From an uncultured Phycisphaerales bacterium (GTDB lineage Bacteria; Planctomycetota; Phycisphaerae; UBA1845): DNA of 64,000 nt. The notes below the pieces were generated by a model, which saw only the letters and a program-made list of their open reading frames with translations, had not been told where the DNA came from and ran no database searches. The DNA lies in contig CBDUZO010000002.1 in assembly GCA_965371725.1 (NCBI GenBank), forward strand, positions 4,210-68,209, in the 5' to 3' direction. A program made the position numbers and the translations under genes. Shown one piece after another: positions 23,656 through 34,203 of the stretch (position 1 is its first letter; every line of letters starts with the position of its first letter).

Positions 23656-23982
23656 GCCGTATCTCCCACCGAAGAAGAGTTGACTTTGGACGGAGCCCTC
23701 GAACATGCCCACACGCTCGCGGGCAGAATCCGTACTCCTTCCCGATATCGGCGAGCAAGCAATGACAGTTGTGACTTGCGGGTGGATAAGCGAACCGAAC
23801 CGCCCCCGCGTGGTTCCGGGCCAATCGCGACGTGCATCGGCCGGCAAGCCAATGATGAACGGTCCGATAAGCGCCGATACCACACGTCTTCGGATGTGCC
23901 CGACCACGAACGCACCGTCGCCAACACGCACGATCGTCCGTGGAGGTGTTCTTGCCCCGGAGTTCAGTCCGCGCGGACCACG

Positions 23983-25431
23983 TCAATCTTGCGGCGCGGG
24001 CACAGGTACGGGCACGGGGACCGGCACAGGCGCGGGCGCAGGATTCTTAGTCTTCGTCCCGCTCTTTCGCCTCACGCCACGCGTTGCCTTTGGTGTACGG
24101 GGACCCGGTTTCCGGGAGGAGGCCTTCGAGCCGCGCTGGGCGCCAAACAGCACCAGGATCTCCACCGTCGGCATCTCGGGGTCATCCGTTTCAACGGTTA
24201 CCGTGTGGTTGCCGGCCGTGGGCTTAAGACCCTCGGCGACGCGGAGCAGCACCCGTTGGCGCCCGTTGACGTCCTCGATCCGGACCTTCAGATTCGGGTC
24301 ATCGACCGTCGCGGCGAGAATCCTGTAGGGTTGATTGTCATCCCATGTGAGACGGACTTGCTGCTGCCATTCAGGCTTCGGATCCGCAGGAACGCTGAAG
24401 CGCTTCGGTTTCACCGCTAGGCGGGGAAACACACTTGCAACCACCCTGATGGTGACGCCCGGAGCCTCGGGCACACCGGTTTGCAGCTTCAGGGTCTCCA
24501 CGACCCGGTCGATCGCAAAAGGCGGTACCAGCGTGACCACGAGTTCGTATCGCTCCCCCTTCTCGATTTCACGAAGCTCGGCTTTGAGATTCTTGCTCTT
24601 GGGGGGCGTGACCCCCGGCGTGAGTGGTCCGCCGTCGCCACGAGTCACAACCACGACCTTCTGCCGCGTGGTCGGCGTGCGGGACGCCTTGCCGAAGTCG
24701 ATTCGCGATGTGTCGAACTTCATCGCCTCCAGAATCTGCCCGGCACAGATCAGCCTGATGTTTGGATTCTCTGGATCATTGGTCGTCACGCTAATGGGCT
24801 TGGAGAACTCGCCCTTGAGCTTATTGCAGCTCATGGTAACTGTGAAATGCTCCGTTGCACCGGGGGCAATCGTACGGTCGGCCCGACCGTTGAACTTGAT
24901 CCCTCACCCACCCCTCGCTCGAATCCTCAGGGCCTCCGTCCCCTCATTTCGGATGTCGAAAGGAAAGGTAAGCTTGCTGCCGCCTCGCCATACCGGCGAC
25001 AGCTTGGCGGTCATCTGATCGCACGCGAACTTCGCGTTCGGGTTCATTGTGAAACCCTGCGCAGTCTTAGACCTCTTGCTCAACGACCGTGTCCCCGACT
25101 TCCCCCGACTCTTGTTTGTTTTCCCCCGCTCCGCCGGATCGGACCGCGCGCCACGTTGCGAACGAGGTGTCAACTTGGAGCCCGCCTTGGGCGCCGGTTC
25201 GGTCTTGGACGGCGAGGCGGGATCCGTCTTCGGCGGTGTCACGGGCTCGGACTTGGGTTGAACCTTTGAAGCGGGATCGGCCTTCGGCTCACCCTTTGCC
25301 TTCGGCGTCTGCTGTGGCGTATCGGCCCAGGCAACACCAACCAACAACACCGACAATAGTAAGCTCGTCCCCCAAAGGCGCCCGATGCGCGGTACCCGGG
25401 AACCAAGCCCCAATCGTAATGACGCTCGCAT
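23983..25431 (-). CDS. Secreted DUF1573/Ig-like domain protein read through an in-frame UGA (24904-24906); putative selenoprotein
   Basis: ORFs 24904..25581 and 23983..24834 share a frame and join across one TGA: FDIRNEGTEALRIRARGG-(UGA)-GIKFNG..IAPG..VTTNDP; signal peptide; hairpin downstream of UGA. Confidence 0.65.
24862..24903 (-). promoter_or_regulatory. Putative bacterial SECIS element
   Basis: mRNA UGA-GGGAUCAAGUUCA-ACGGUCG-GGC-CGACCGU-ACGAUUGCCCCC: perfect 7-bp stem with G-rich loop ~20 nt after UGA, possible lower stem. Confidence 0.55.
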
Positions 25432-25725
25432 TGTCAATTCCTCTAATAGTTCTAGCGATACCATGTTTCCAGGGTCCCACCATGTGGAACGGCAAACCGA
25501 CAGGAGGTTTGTCGGAAGTTCCCCGGCTACAATCCGCAATTCTATCACAACCCGGCTGATATCTCGCCTGCCCAGCGTCACAGTATCGTCACAGACAAGA
25601 CTGGCGCATTATCGGTCGTTGCTGCCGGAGGTTGGCATCGTGCTTCCTCCCTGTAAAGGCCAGCATCCCCCTTGCCAAAGAGGGGAAAGAAGGGGGGCGT
25701 GCGGTACACGAAACCGGGAAACGCT

Positions 25726-25896
25726 CTAGTGCAGCGTCACACCTCAATCTGCGGGTAGCGGTCCACGCCGCAATTGTGTGCCACTGCTTTCAAGCAGTGC
25801 CGATCGCGGATTCCGCAGGGTCCGTACACTGGCCACAGAGTGGCCTTCTAATCGAGCAGTGGCACACCCGTAAACTTAAGTGTGACCATGCTCTAG
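25726..25896. mobile_element. ~170-bp CTAG-bounded MITE, copy A
   Basis: CTAGTGCAGCGTCACAC...GTGTGACCATGCTCTAG; highly similar inverted copy at 28667-28836. Confidence 0.8.
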
Positions 25897-27161
25897 ATCT
25901 TTCGGAACAGCGCGGCTGCGTCGTGACCGGTGAAACCGGTCGTGAGCTTGAGCACGGTGCGGATCGGCTTCTCGGTCAGCGTGGTGATCAGCGGGAAGGG
26001 AAGCCGTGCCCGGTCCGGGTCCGAATGGAGCGTCGGGGGAACGATCCCGTGCTTCAGTGACAGGAGCGCGCAAATCGTCTCGATGATGCTGCACGTGGCG
26101 AGCATGTGTCCCACGTTCGGCTTGAAGGCGCTCACGACGGCGTTCTGAGCATCCTTGCCCAGGGCGCCGGACATGCAGATTCGCTCATAACCGTCCGAGA
26201 GGTTCGTGCTTGCGCCGTGCGGGACGATCAGATCCAGGTCCTGCGGAGTGACACCAGTCTGACACATCACGTCACGGATAACATCACGAAGGCGCGCCGA
26301 CCGCACGTCGGGGATTGTCTGTTTCCATGCCTGGTGCGCGAACTCCCCGCCGAGATAGGCTGCATAGGGCGCTGCGCCGCGGCCAACAGCGTGCGATGCG
26401 GATTCAAGCACTACGGCACCGGCGCCCTCGCCGACGTAGAAGCCCGACGATCCCGGATCGAACGGGCTCATTCGCTTGTCGCGGGCGTACATCTCGAGCC
26501 GGCGGAACCACTCCAACCGGACGGCTGTGTCGAATGCCTCACCACCCATCACGACCATCACCTCCGCCCGTCCGGATCGGATGTACTGTGCGGCGGTCTC
26601 CAAGGCGGCCGCACCCGATGTGCAGGCGTTATGCACGCTGGTGCAGAACCCGTGCAGTCCAAACGCCTTCCCCACCACGTGAACGTACAGAAACGGCTGC
26701 ATCCGGTAGAAACAGGGGGCGAGCAGGTCGTACATGGCGGGCGGCCGGTCGGTCGGCGGTGGGGTCGACATCAGCTTGAACATCTCGCTGACGGTGTGCT
26801 CGACACCCGGTGCCTCGAAGGCCTGCACCATACCATAGCGGTTTCCGTCGCGATCCGGGGCCAGACCCGCGTCCGCCAGCGCGAGTTCCGTCGCAAGCAT
26901 GGTGTAGGCAAGATCGCGATAGGGTGCCAACTCCTGATCCGCCAGCCACGCCAGGTGCTTCTTAAGCCCGGGAACCTCCGACGCCGGCGGCATTGACGCG
27001 ATCGGAAGATCCGTCGTCGCCGCGACGTCTACGGGCAGGGTTCGGGTTTCCACACCGGAGCGGCTCGCACACAGCGACGTCCACAGACTGTCGCAGCCCA
27101 CGCCGATGGAGGTGACCGGGCCTAAGCCCGTGACGACTACACTGCCTACATCAGAGGTCAT
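25893..27161 (-). CDS. Beta-ketoacyl-ACP synthase (FabF-like, divergent)
   Basis: VVVTGLG, NACTSG (Cys), GEGAG, PHGAST, FKPNVGHML. Confidence 0.88.
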   Translation of the reverse strand: MTSDVGSVVVTGLGPVTSIGVGCDSLWTSLCASRSGVETRTLPVDVAATTDLPIASMPPASEVPGLKKHLAWLADQELAPYRDLAYTMLATELALADAGLAPDRDGNRYGMVQAFEAPGVEHTVSEMFKLMSTPPPTDRPPAMYDLLAPCFYRMQPFLYVHVVGKAFGLHGFCTSVHNACTSGAAALETAAQYIRSGRAEVMVVMGGEAFDTAVRLEWFRRLEMYARDKRMSPFDPGSSGFYVGEGAGAVVLESASHAVGRGAAPYAAYLGGEFAHQAWKQTIPDVRSARLRDVIRDVMCQTGVTPQDLDLIVPHGASTNLSDGYERICMSGALGKDAQNAVVSAFKPNVGHMLATCSIIETICALLSLKHGIVPPTLHSDPDRARLPFPLITTLTEKPIRTVLKLTTGFTGHDAAALFRKI

Positions 27162-27193
27162 CTTCCGTTCCTCGTGGTTCGTCGGTGACGTCC

Positions 27194-27323
27194 AGTACTG
27201 CGTTTCCTATGTTTCACGATCATGCGAGCCGCGAACTGCCGCAAGGCGGCTTTGCCGCGTCCGCGCGGACATTCACGTAGCGGTTGAGCCTGTAGTTCCG
27301 TGCGACATCATAGTCGCAGGACT
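27194..27323. mobile_element. ~130-bp IR-bounded element carrying the 46-bp REP-like core
   Basis: AGTACTGCG..CTATG / CATAGTCGCAGGACT imperfect ends; core at 27225-27270. Confidence 0.55.
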
Positions 27324-27450
27324 TGCCTCACACGAGCGGCCCATTCCCAAACGAGCCGCAGGCTCCCAACGAAGTTGGGGCAGGTCCGGTTCGCGGCTCA
27401 CTTGCATTACGATTCATGTCCCACGCAGCAAGATCGTCGTTCACCGATTG

Positions 27451-28638
27451 TCAGGCGGCTTGAAAGACCACGCTGCTGTTGTACCCACCGAACCCGGCTG
27501 AGTTATTCACCACGTTGCGGACCCGCGCCGGTCGCGTCGCACCCCGGATCGCGTCCAGTGTACACGGTTGAAGGACGTTTTCGAGGTACCACGTGGGAAT
27601 CAACGTCTGGTGTTCAATGGTCAGTATGCTGGCGGCGGTCTCCATCGCGGCTGCGGCGCCCATTGTGTGGCCCGTCAAGGCCTTGATCGAGCTGAACGGA
27701 ACTCCTTCCGGAAAGCAGTTCGTCATCACCTTGACCTCGATCGCGTCATTCTGGGGTGTACCGGTTCCGTGGGCACAAACATAGTCGATGTCAGAGCCGG
27801 CAAGCCCGGCGCTATCGAGGGCCTCCATTGTGGCCCGCGTCAGACCGTCGCCTTCCGGGTCGGGTCTGGTTGGATGGTAGCTCTCGGATGTGATACCCGC
27901 CCCCGCAATCCGCGCCCGAATCGGCGCGCCACGCGCACGGGCGGAGGACTCCCGCTCCAGAACGAACATCACCGCGCCTTCCCCGACCAAAAGCCCATCG
28001 CGCTGCTCATCAAACGGCCTGCAAACCTCGGCCGCCATCACACGCAACCGCATGAAGCCCAAAAAGGCCAGGCGGCTGAATCCGTCCACCCCACCTGCCA
28101 GGGCAACGTCGCACTGCCCGCATTGCAACGCCCTTTGCATGATCGCAAGGGCCATGTTGCCCGCGGCGCAGGCACCGTACAGTTCCTTGACCGGTCCCGT
28201 CACACCCAGGTCGGCCCGAACACCGGATGCGATGCGTCCGGGCACGCCCCTGACAATCCGCTGCATGTGCTCACGGGAAAGCCAGTCGCCCCCGGCTGCG
28301 CCGAGGCGGTCCTCGATGAACTCGGTCTCCCCCATCGTGGTACCAATGGTGATGGCGAGGCGGTCCGGATCAACATCGGCGGGATCGAGGCCGGCGGTTG
28401 CGACGGCTTCACGCGAGGCGGCGACTGCAAGTTGAGAGGCCCGCCCCAACTCCGGTTTGCCCACGTCGATCGGCTCTCGAACCTGGCAGGCGATCTTGCG
28501 GGTCAGCTCGCTTGTGTCGAAGCAGTCGACCTCCGCCGCACCGGATCGGCCGTGCAGGAGTGCGTCCCAGAAGGCTTGCTCCCCGCAGCCGATCGGGGAT
28601 CGAATCCCCATCCCAGTGATTACGATGTGATCCCTCAT
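27451..28638 (-). CDS. Beta-ketoacyl-ACP synthase (FabF-like)
   Basis: IVITGMG, GACAAG, CRPFD..RDG..GEG, HGTGTPQND, SIKALTGHT, GFGG. Confidence 0.92.
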   Translation of the reverse strand: MRDHIVITGMGIRSPIGCGEQAFWDALLHGRSGAAEVDCFDTSELTRKIACQVREPIDVGKPELGRASQLAVAASREAVATAGLDPADVDPDRLAITIGTTMGETEFIEDRLGAAGGDWLSREHMQRIVRGVPGRIASGVRADLGVTGPVKELYGACAAGNMALAIMQRALQCGQCDVALAGGVDGFSRLAFLGFMRLRVMAAEVCRPFDEQRDGLLVGEGAVMFVLERESSARARGAPIRARIAGAGITSESYHPTRPDPEGDGLTRATMEALDSAGLAGSDIDYVCAHGTGTPQNDAIEVKVMTNCFPEGVPFSSIKALTGHTMGAAAAMETAASILTIEHQTLIPTWYLENVLQPCTLDAIRGATRPARVRNVVNNSAGFGGYNSSVVFQAA

Positions 28639-28666
28639 GGAACGCTGGCGATCGTGGCGTCGTCGG

Positions 28667-28836
28667 CTAGTGCTTCGCCACACTTAAGTTTGCAGGTGTG
28701 CCACTGCTCGATTAGAAGGCCACTTTGTGGCCAGTGCACGGACCCTGCGGAATCCACGATCGGCACTGCTTGAAAGCAGTGACACACATTAGGACGTGGA
28801 CCGCTACCCGCAGATTGGGGTGTGGCGGTGCACTAG
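28667..28836. mobile_element. ~170-bp CTAG-bounded MITE, copy B (inverted relative to copy A)
   Basis: CTAGTGCTTCGCCACACTTAAG...GTGTGGCGGTGCACTAG; reverse complement of 25726-25896 with scattered mismatches. Confidence 0.8.
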
Positions 28837-29081
28837 GCGGCTGCGATCTTCAGACGCATCATCTCGAAGATGTCGTTGAGGCAGGTAACCCGTTGAATGA
28901 CATCCTCGGGGAGCTCCTGCCGGATGATCGACTCGATCGTGGCGATCATGTGAACGGCGTCGAGCGAGTCGAGGCCGATCTCGTTGAGCGGCTTGTCCAG
29001 GTCGATCTGGTCGATCGGCACCTTGATGCTGTCGGACAGCCAATCGAGGATTTCAAGCTTGGCTGCTTCAAAATCGATCAT
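28833..29081 (-). CDS. Acyl carrier protein
   Basis: 82 aa, acidic, IGLDSLD phosphopantetheine site; ATGA overlap with upstream gene. Confidence 0.92.
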   Translation of the reverse strand: MIDFEAAKLEILDWLSDSIKVPIDQIDLDKPLNEIGLDSLDAVHMIATIESIIRQELPEDVIQRVTCLNDIFEMMRLKIAAA

Positions 29082-30208
29082 CTCTCCGTTCCTCCCGTGG
29101 CACTGACGCGATCACGCAACTCGTCCGCCGTCCCGCGACCTCGTTCATTTGACTCGGTTGCTTTGACCCCTGCAAGCGGAAACTCAATATGGCTTGCCAT
29201 CCATTCGGTAACCTGACCGCGCCAGCGACGATAACCGTCCTCGCCCCGCTCCGCCCGGACCTGAAGCTCAACGCGGTCACATTCGCGGATCGATGCCCAC
29301 ACGGCGTCGCGTGTCCCGCCATCCGCGCGAGACATGTACTCTTCGAATGCATCCGGGTCGTTGATAGATCGCGCCTTGGCCCCGAAACACATGCCCAGGT
29401 GGAAACCGTCGCGCCACTGAGGCGGCAACCGTCCACCGAGCGTCTGCGCCGCCTTGAGGCGGTCCGGATTGACGAACACCGAGGCAAGTCCCAGACCCGC
29501 GGCTGCGTCGACCGCATTCTCGCCGAGCTTCTCGATCTGCTCGGTCAGCATGTCAATCCGATCCAGATAAAGGAACCAGAATGCCCGGCCCACCCCATGG
29601 AAGGCGGCGCTTCGGGCGTAACCTTCAAGCCCCTCGAGCGGGCGCAGACCGTCGGGGTTCTTTGGATAGTCGAAAAAAGCGTGCTTAAAACCGTATCCGT
29701 CATAGCACAAATAGCGATACATCGGATCAAGGTCGCCGATCAGCCGGGCTACGTGCCCGGCATCGTGGTTACGCATGCCCGACCAGAAGCCGAAGCCCAC
29801 GTAATACAGGTAGCGCATACCCGGCCGGCGTTTGACAATCTGCTTCTCAAAAGCACGCGGGGTACACAGGAACAGGTTCCGTAAGGTGTGGCCCATCGCC
29901 GCGCCTTCGTGCGCAAAGGGGCAATAAAGTACGGGTAGTGAGTCGCAGTATCCCTCCCATCCTGACCGGGTAGGCCGAGTGATCATCGCGTTGAACCCGC
30001 CGGTGAAGCTTTGGAGGATCCCGTTGACCCGTTCGACGTCCTCCCGTGACGAGACCGCCAGACCGAGACGCTCGACCGTCATGTCCAGAGCCTTGATGCG
30101 AAACGGCCACAACGCCCACCGCCACGCGCCGGAGAACCCAACAACGCCCACAACGAGAACGCCCAGCAAGATGCAGTGCCAGAGTTCCATAACTGTCAGA
30201 CTTTCCAC
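29078..30208 (-). CDS. DUF1702 family protein (enediyne cassette E3/UnbL-like) with N-terminal TM segment
   Basis: FAHEGAAMG, YVGFGF, YDGYGFKHAFF, GVGRAFWF, GLGLA motifs recognised by eye. Confidence 0.75.
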   Translation of the reverse strand: MESLTVMELWHCILLGVLVVGVVGFSGAWRWALWPFRIKALDMTVERLGLAVSSREDVERVNGILQSFTGGFNAMITRPTRSGWEGYCDSLPVLYCPFAHEGAAMGHTLRNLFLCTPRAFEKQIVKRRPGMRYLYYVGFGFWSGMRNHDAGHVARLIGDLDPMYRYLCYDGYGFKHAFFDYPKNPDGLRPLEGLEGYARSAAFHGVGRAFWFLYLDRIDMLTEQIEKLGENAVDAAAGLGLASVFVNPDRLKAAQTLGGRLPPQWRDGFHLGMCFGAKARSINDPDAFEEYMSRADGGTRDAVWASIRECDRVELQVRAERGEDGYRRWRGQVTEWMASHIEFPLAGVKATESNERGRGTADELRDRVSATGGTER

Positions 30209-30638
30209 CGTAAGCCCCGCGCATCACGCCACGGTCACGCACCCTTTGCGGCGGTGGGACGTGGCTCAGGACCGGGGCCGCAAGATGGGTTCAGACCCCA
30301 ACCGAATTCGCACCGGACCAGCCTGCGTTCGCCGCTACGGGCACGACCGTCCGTATCGGGTTCACCTCCGGTACAGGCCATTGTACGGCGGCAACCCACC
30401 GCCAACAACGAAAATCAGCCCTGGCTCGCCCGCGAATGGCCGCTACGGATGCCCGGATCAGGCCTGGTTCCGCCGCTCGGAAGAGGCGACGGCGGGCCGT
30501 GTTCGCACCGTCCCGCGAACCCAGGCGTATGGGCTTACCCACACGGATTCGTACACCCTTCACCGCTTCCGATCATTCATAGGTCCGCACGAGCAGAGAG
30601 TTGACACCAGGAGGTTATCGGGCGTCTGGGGCTTGATG

Positions 30639-30810
30639 TTATCGTCGAGGGAAAGGATCACGAAACACGGCCGGCGCCTTCGAGCGTCCGACGGCTGTCA
30701 GTGCGGCCCCCACTTCCTCGACCGCGTACACGGCGAGGCCGTGCTCGCCGCACGTTCTGGACAGCATCGTCCGCAGGGTCACGGAAGGCTCGAGCATGAG
30801 GATGGTCTGC
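30639..30810 (-). pseudogene. Possible response-regulator receiver remnant
   Basis: ILMLEPSVTLRTMLSRTC..GLAVYAVEEVGAAL resembles the N-terminal half of a receiver domain; short, no phospho-Asp region. Confidence 0.25.
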
Positions 30811-31068
30811 GCCCGGCCCGCCTGCCGCCGGCGCTCGCTCGCAGGGCCTCTTGGTGATTCCCTCAACCTGCTTGGCACGTCGGATCGCCCCCGAGAACCG
30901 GAACCCTGTATCCACTTTCATCGGTTCCGGCGGGTGGCGAGTCGTGCGACGGGGCAAAAAGAGCGGTTTTCCGGCCCGTGCAGCCGCTTGCCCGAACCGA
31001 ATATCAGACGTAGAATCAGTAGGTCAAGGGCAAGACCCCCCGCACGGGGGCCAAGTGGGTGGCCGCGC

Positions 31069-32442
31069 ATGAACGACTGGTTCGAAGCAGAGCAGCGTAT
31101 CGAAAGAGCGCAGGAGTTGTCGGAGTCCCGGCGGTGGGATGAGGCACTCGCTGAGCTCGACGCCGCCCTGGCCATCAACCCGCACGTCGCCCTCTGGCAC
31201 GCCCAGCGTGGTTACCTGTTGGAGGAGCTTGATCGTATCGAGGACGCGGTTGGCGCCTACGAGGAGGCCCTCGCCCTCGAACCGGACGATCAGGACGTCG
31301 GACTGGCGCTGGGGGCGACGCTGACCCGGCTCGGGCGGTTCGCGCGGGCGCTTGAGGTGTTCGATGAAATCGCCCGCACCTGCCCTGACTGTGAGCCTGC
31401 CTACTGCCATCGCATCAACGTGTACACACGGCTCGGTCGGCACGATCAAGCCGAGATCATGTTCTACATGGCTCAGCACCTTGACGAGTCCTGTCCGCAC
31501 TGCTTCTACCACATCGGGGCGTCGTTGGCCGCTCGAGGACAGATGGAGCGAGCGATTTACTGTTGGCGGCGGGTGCTGGAGCTGGATCCCGGTTACTTCG
31601 GGGTGAACCGGCGTATCGCTCAGGCCTATCGGGTCGGCGGCGAGATCGAGCTGGCTCGTGATTACTTCCTGCGTGAGATTCGCGAGGATCCCGGACAGAC
31701 TGATGTCCTGTTCGAGTTGGCTCAAATGACGCTCGAATCAGGGCAGGTGGCCATGGCAGCCGCCAGGTTCGCGCAGATTATCGAGCTCGATCCCGACCAT
31801 GTGGAAGCCCGCTTCGCGTTGGGCAAGATCTGGCTGGCAAGAGGGAAGGCCGCCGAGGCGCTTGCCTGTTTCGATGCAATTCGCTCAATCGCGGCCGGCG
31901 AGGTCTTCCTCCCGGATTTCGAGCTTTGCGTCGGTGATGCGTTGTTCCGGTTGAACCGCTTCTCCGAAGCAACGGAACGGTTCGAGGCTGCATCCGCGGC
32001 GGATCCCAAGAACCGGCATGTTCTCGCCCTTTGGGGTGGAAGCCTTCTGGCAGCCGAAAGACCCGACGCGGCAGCCGACTGCTTCCGGCGGATCTTATCG
32101 CTCGATGCTCGCAGCCACCTGGCCCACCACAACCTGGGCGTGTGCCTGTTGCAGACGGACCGTCTCGATGGTGCATTATCGCACTGTCTTGAAGCAGTCC
32201 GGTTGAGACCGGAGTTTACGCCGGCCATGTACAACGCGGCGATCGCATACCTGCGGCTGGGCAAGCTTCCCGAAGCGCAGGTGATTCTACGCCGCGCCGC
32301 GCGGTGCGACCCGGACAACAAGGACGTGCAGCGACTTCTCAAGCGGTTCTGGCGGTACCGGACGAACCATCGTTTGGGGAAGCTCGTCGCTCCGTTGCGC
32401 GCCTTCGCCCGGCTGTTCTGCCGCCAGGTTGGCCCAGATTAA
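31069..32442 (+). CDS. Tetratricopeptide repeat protein
   Basis: Many TPR units (..ALALEP, ..VLELDP, AHHNLG). Confidence 0.9.
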   Translation: MNDWFEAEQRIERAQELSESRRWDEALAELDAALAINPHVALWHAQRGYLLEELDRIEDAVGAYEEALALEPDDQDVGLALGATLTRLGRFARALEVFDEIARTCPDCEPAYCHRINVYTRLGRHDQAEIMFYMAQHLDESCPHCFYHIGASLAARGQMERAIYCWRRVLELDPGYFGVNRRIAQAYRVGGEIELARDYFLREIREDPGQTDVLFELAQMTLESGQVAMAAARFAQIIELDPDHVEARFALGKIWLARGKAAEALACFDAIRSIAAGEVFLPDFELCVGDALFRLNRFSEATERFEAASAADPKNRHVLALWGGSLLAAERPDAAADCFRRILSLDARSHLAHHNLGVCLLQTDRLDGALSHCLEAVRLRPEFTPAMYNAAIAYLRLGKLPEAQVILRRAARCDPDNKDVQRLLKRFWRYRTNHRLGKLVAPLRAFARLFCRQVGPD

Positions 32443-32629
32443 CCTCATCGCTGGACATATAGGCACCTTCCTGAGGGAGTCTGCCTGCACCCTGTGGTTT
32501 GCCCGTATTGTGTGGGAGAATTGCGTCACGTAAAGCCTTGCAACCTGCCGCGTGGTCCGGTGATATAATCAGCGGACGAGGTAGAGGGTCTGTTCGTTGG
32601 GAATTCAAGTTCAATAACGAGTTGGGAAA

Positions 32630-33727
32630 ATGATTGTGCAAAATCGAATCTTTCAGATGTGTGTGTTTGGAGCGGTGGCGTTTGTAGTTCCCGTAATGGC
32701 TTCGGACCCGAAGGTTGGAAAGGACCCGGCGCTCGAGGTTGAGAATATGCAGGCGCTGGCCACGATCGAGATGATCATGGAGGGCGCCGTTCAGAATATC
32801 GCCCGCCGATACAACCTCAACGAGGCGCAGACGCGGCAGACCGGTGAGCTCATGAAGCGTGAGGTGCACCGGTTCCTGGAGGAGCACGAAGCCGAGGTCT
32901 GGCCGACGATCCGCGGGCTGTTGGGCATCCAGAGCCTTGGTGCGGACCCGAAGGACATCGAGAAAAGCAAGCGGATTGGGAAGGCGGCCCGCCCGCTTGC
33001 CAAGCTGGCCAAGGAAGCGATCTTCCGCGCCAACACCGAATGGAGGCAAATCCTGACATCTGAGCAGAGAGAGATGCACAACTTCGATCTCTCGGAGATG
33101 GAGCTGACCTTCGAGAAGCTCGACAAGAACTTCGAGTCGTGGGAGAAGGGTGAAGCATCCCCGGGTGGTCGCATCTTCCCGCAACCGGCGCGGCCCGGAG
33201 TCACCCAGCCGTCCACGCCGCCTCTGCCGAAGTCACCCGGGCTCCCGGTACCCGTGGATGAGGCTCTACCGCTGACGGTGTTGGACACTGTTGTCGCGGA
33301 GTTCATCAAGGACTATGGACTTGATGAGGGGCAGATCACCGCGGCCCACTCAATCCTCGCGGAGTTCAAGGGCAAGGCGAAACGCTTCAAGAAGGCCAAC
33401 AAGGACGAGTACGCCCGCCACGATGCGGAACTCAAGACGGCTCGTGAGAACCGTGACATCGAGAAAATCAGGGAAGTGACAACGGCCCAACGCAAGCTGC
33501 TCAAACCGTTCCACAACATCGTCTCGGAGATGGAGGGCCGGCTCAAGGGACTGCTCACCTCGGCCCAGGTCGATCGTTTTGCCGAGAAGCAGGCGCCTAG
33601 CAAGAAGGAAACCAAGAAGAAAACGAAGGAATCGCCGCCCAAGGAGGAAAAACCGACAGAGAAGCCCCCCGTCAAGGCCGAGAAACCTCCCCAAAAGGGC
33701 GCGGACAAAGAGCCTGTCCGAGAGTAG
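32630..33727 (+). CDS. Secreted helical hypothetical protein
   Basis: Signal peptide, strong codon bias, two similar helical halves (YNLNEAQ / YGLDEGQ; LTSEQ / LTSAQ), Lys/Pro tail. Confidence 0.75.
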   Translation: MIVQNRIFQMCVFGAVAFVVPVMASDPKVGKDPALEVENMQALATIEMIMEGAVQNIARRYNLNEAQTRQTGELMKREVHRFLEEHEAEVWPTIRGLLGIQSLGADPKDIEKSKRIGKAARPLAKLAKEAIFRANTEWRQILTSEQREMHNFDLSEMELTFEKLDKNFESWEKGEASPGGRIFPQPARPGVTQPSTPPLPKSPGLPVPVDEALPLTVLDTVVAEFIKDYGLDEGQITAAHSILAEFKGKAKRFKKANKDEYARHDAELKTARENRDIEKIREVTTAQRKLLKPFHNIVSEMEGRLKGLLTSAQVDRFAEKQAPSKKETKKKTKESPPKEEKPTEKPPVKAEKPPQKGADKEPVRE

Positions 33728-34203
33728 GGTCGGGAGTATCATCGGAGCCATGCCCAAGCATCAGTACGGCCGCGTGGTTCACCGCTTCGAAATGGCCTGC
33801 GGAGATGGGTTTCAAGAACCGGGCCTTCACGCTCGTTAGCGAACGGCGTCGTGAGTCAGCCCGGGACCGATCATTGAAAAAGGCAACCTAGCGCGCGGGG
33901 CGTTGTGTCGTCCAATGTCCCGCGCGTTTTCGCGCGCGTTTGCGGACCTGCAATATCGGCCCATCGGCCCCAGACGTTTCTTGCGTAGCGAGTTGCGGGC
34001 CCTGGCCCGCGAGGATTCCCCGAGGAAGCTGCACGGTTCGCCGATACCGCCCCACCACGCAAGAGACGGAACTTGCTCCAACTCGACTGAATGGCCCTTC
34101 GCTCTCGTTTGCCCCTCCCGGATTTCAATCCTAGGATTTGAAGGGGACGACTCGCAGCCAAGGGGCTGTGTTATCGGGATGGGTCCGTGGAGTATGCGGG
34201 CCG

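Noticed and set aside
24904-24906. Genome-wide UGA reassignment
   Set aside because: Conserved genes such as glmS, der, dnaJ and purN end at TGA at their expected C-termini.
33730-34200. ncRNA or MITE in this intergenic gap
   Set aside because: No convincing terminal repeats, second copy or known RNA motif found.
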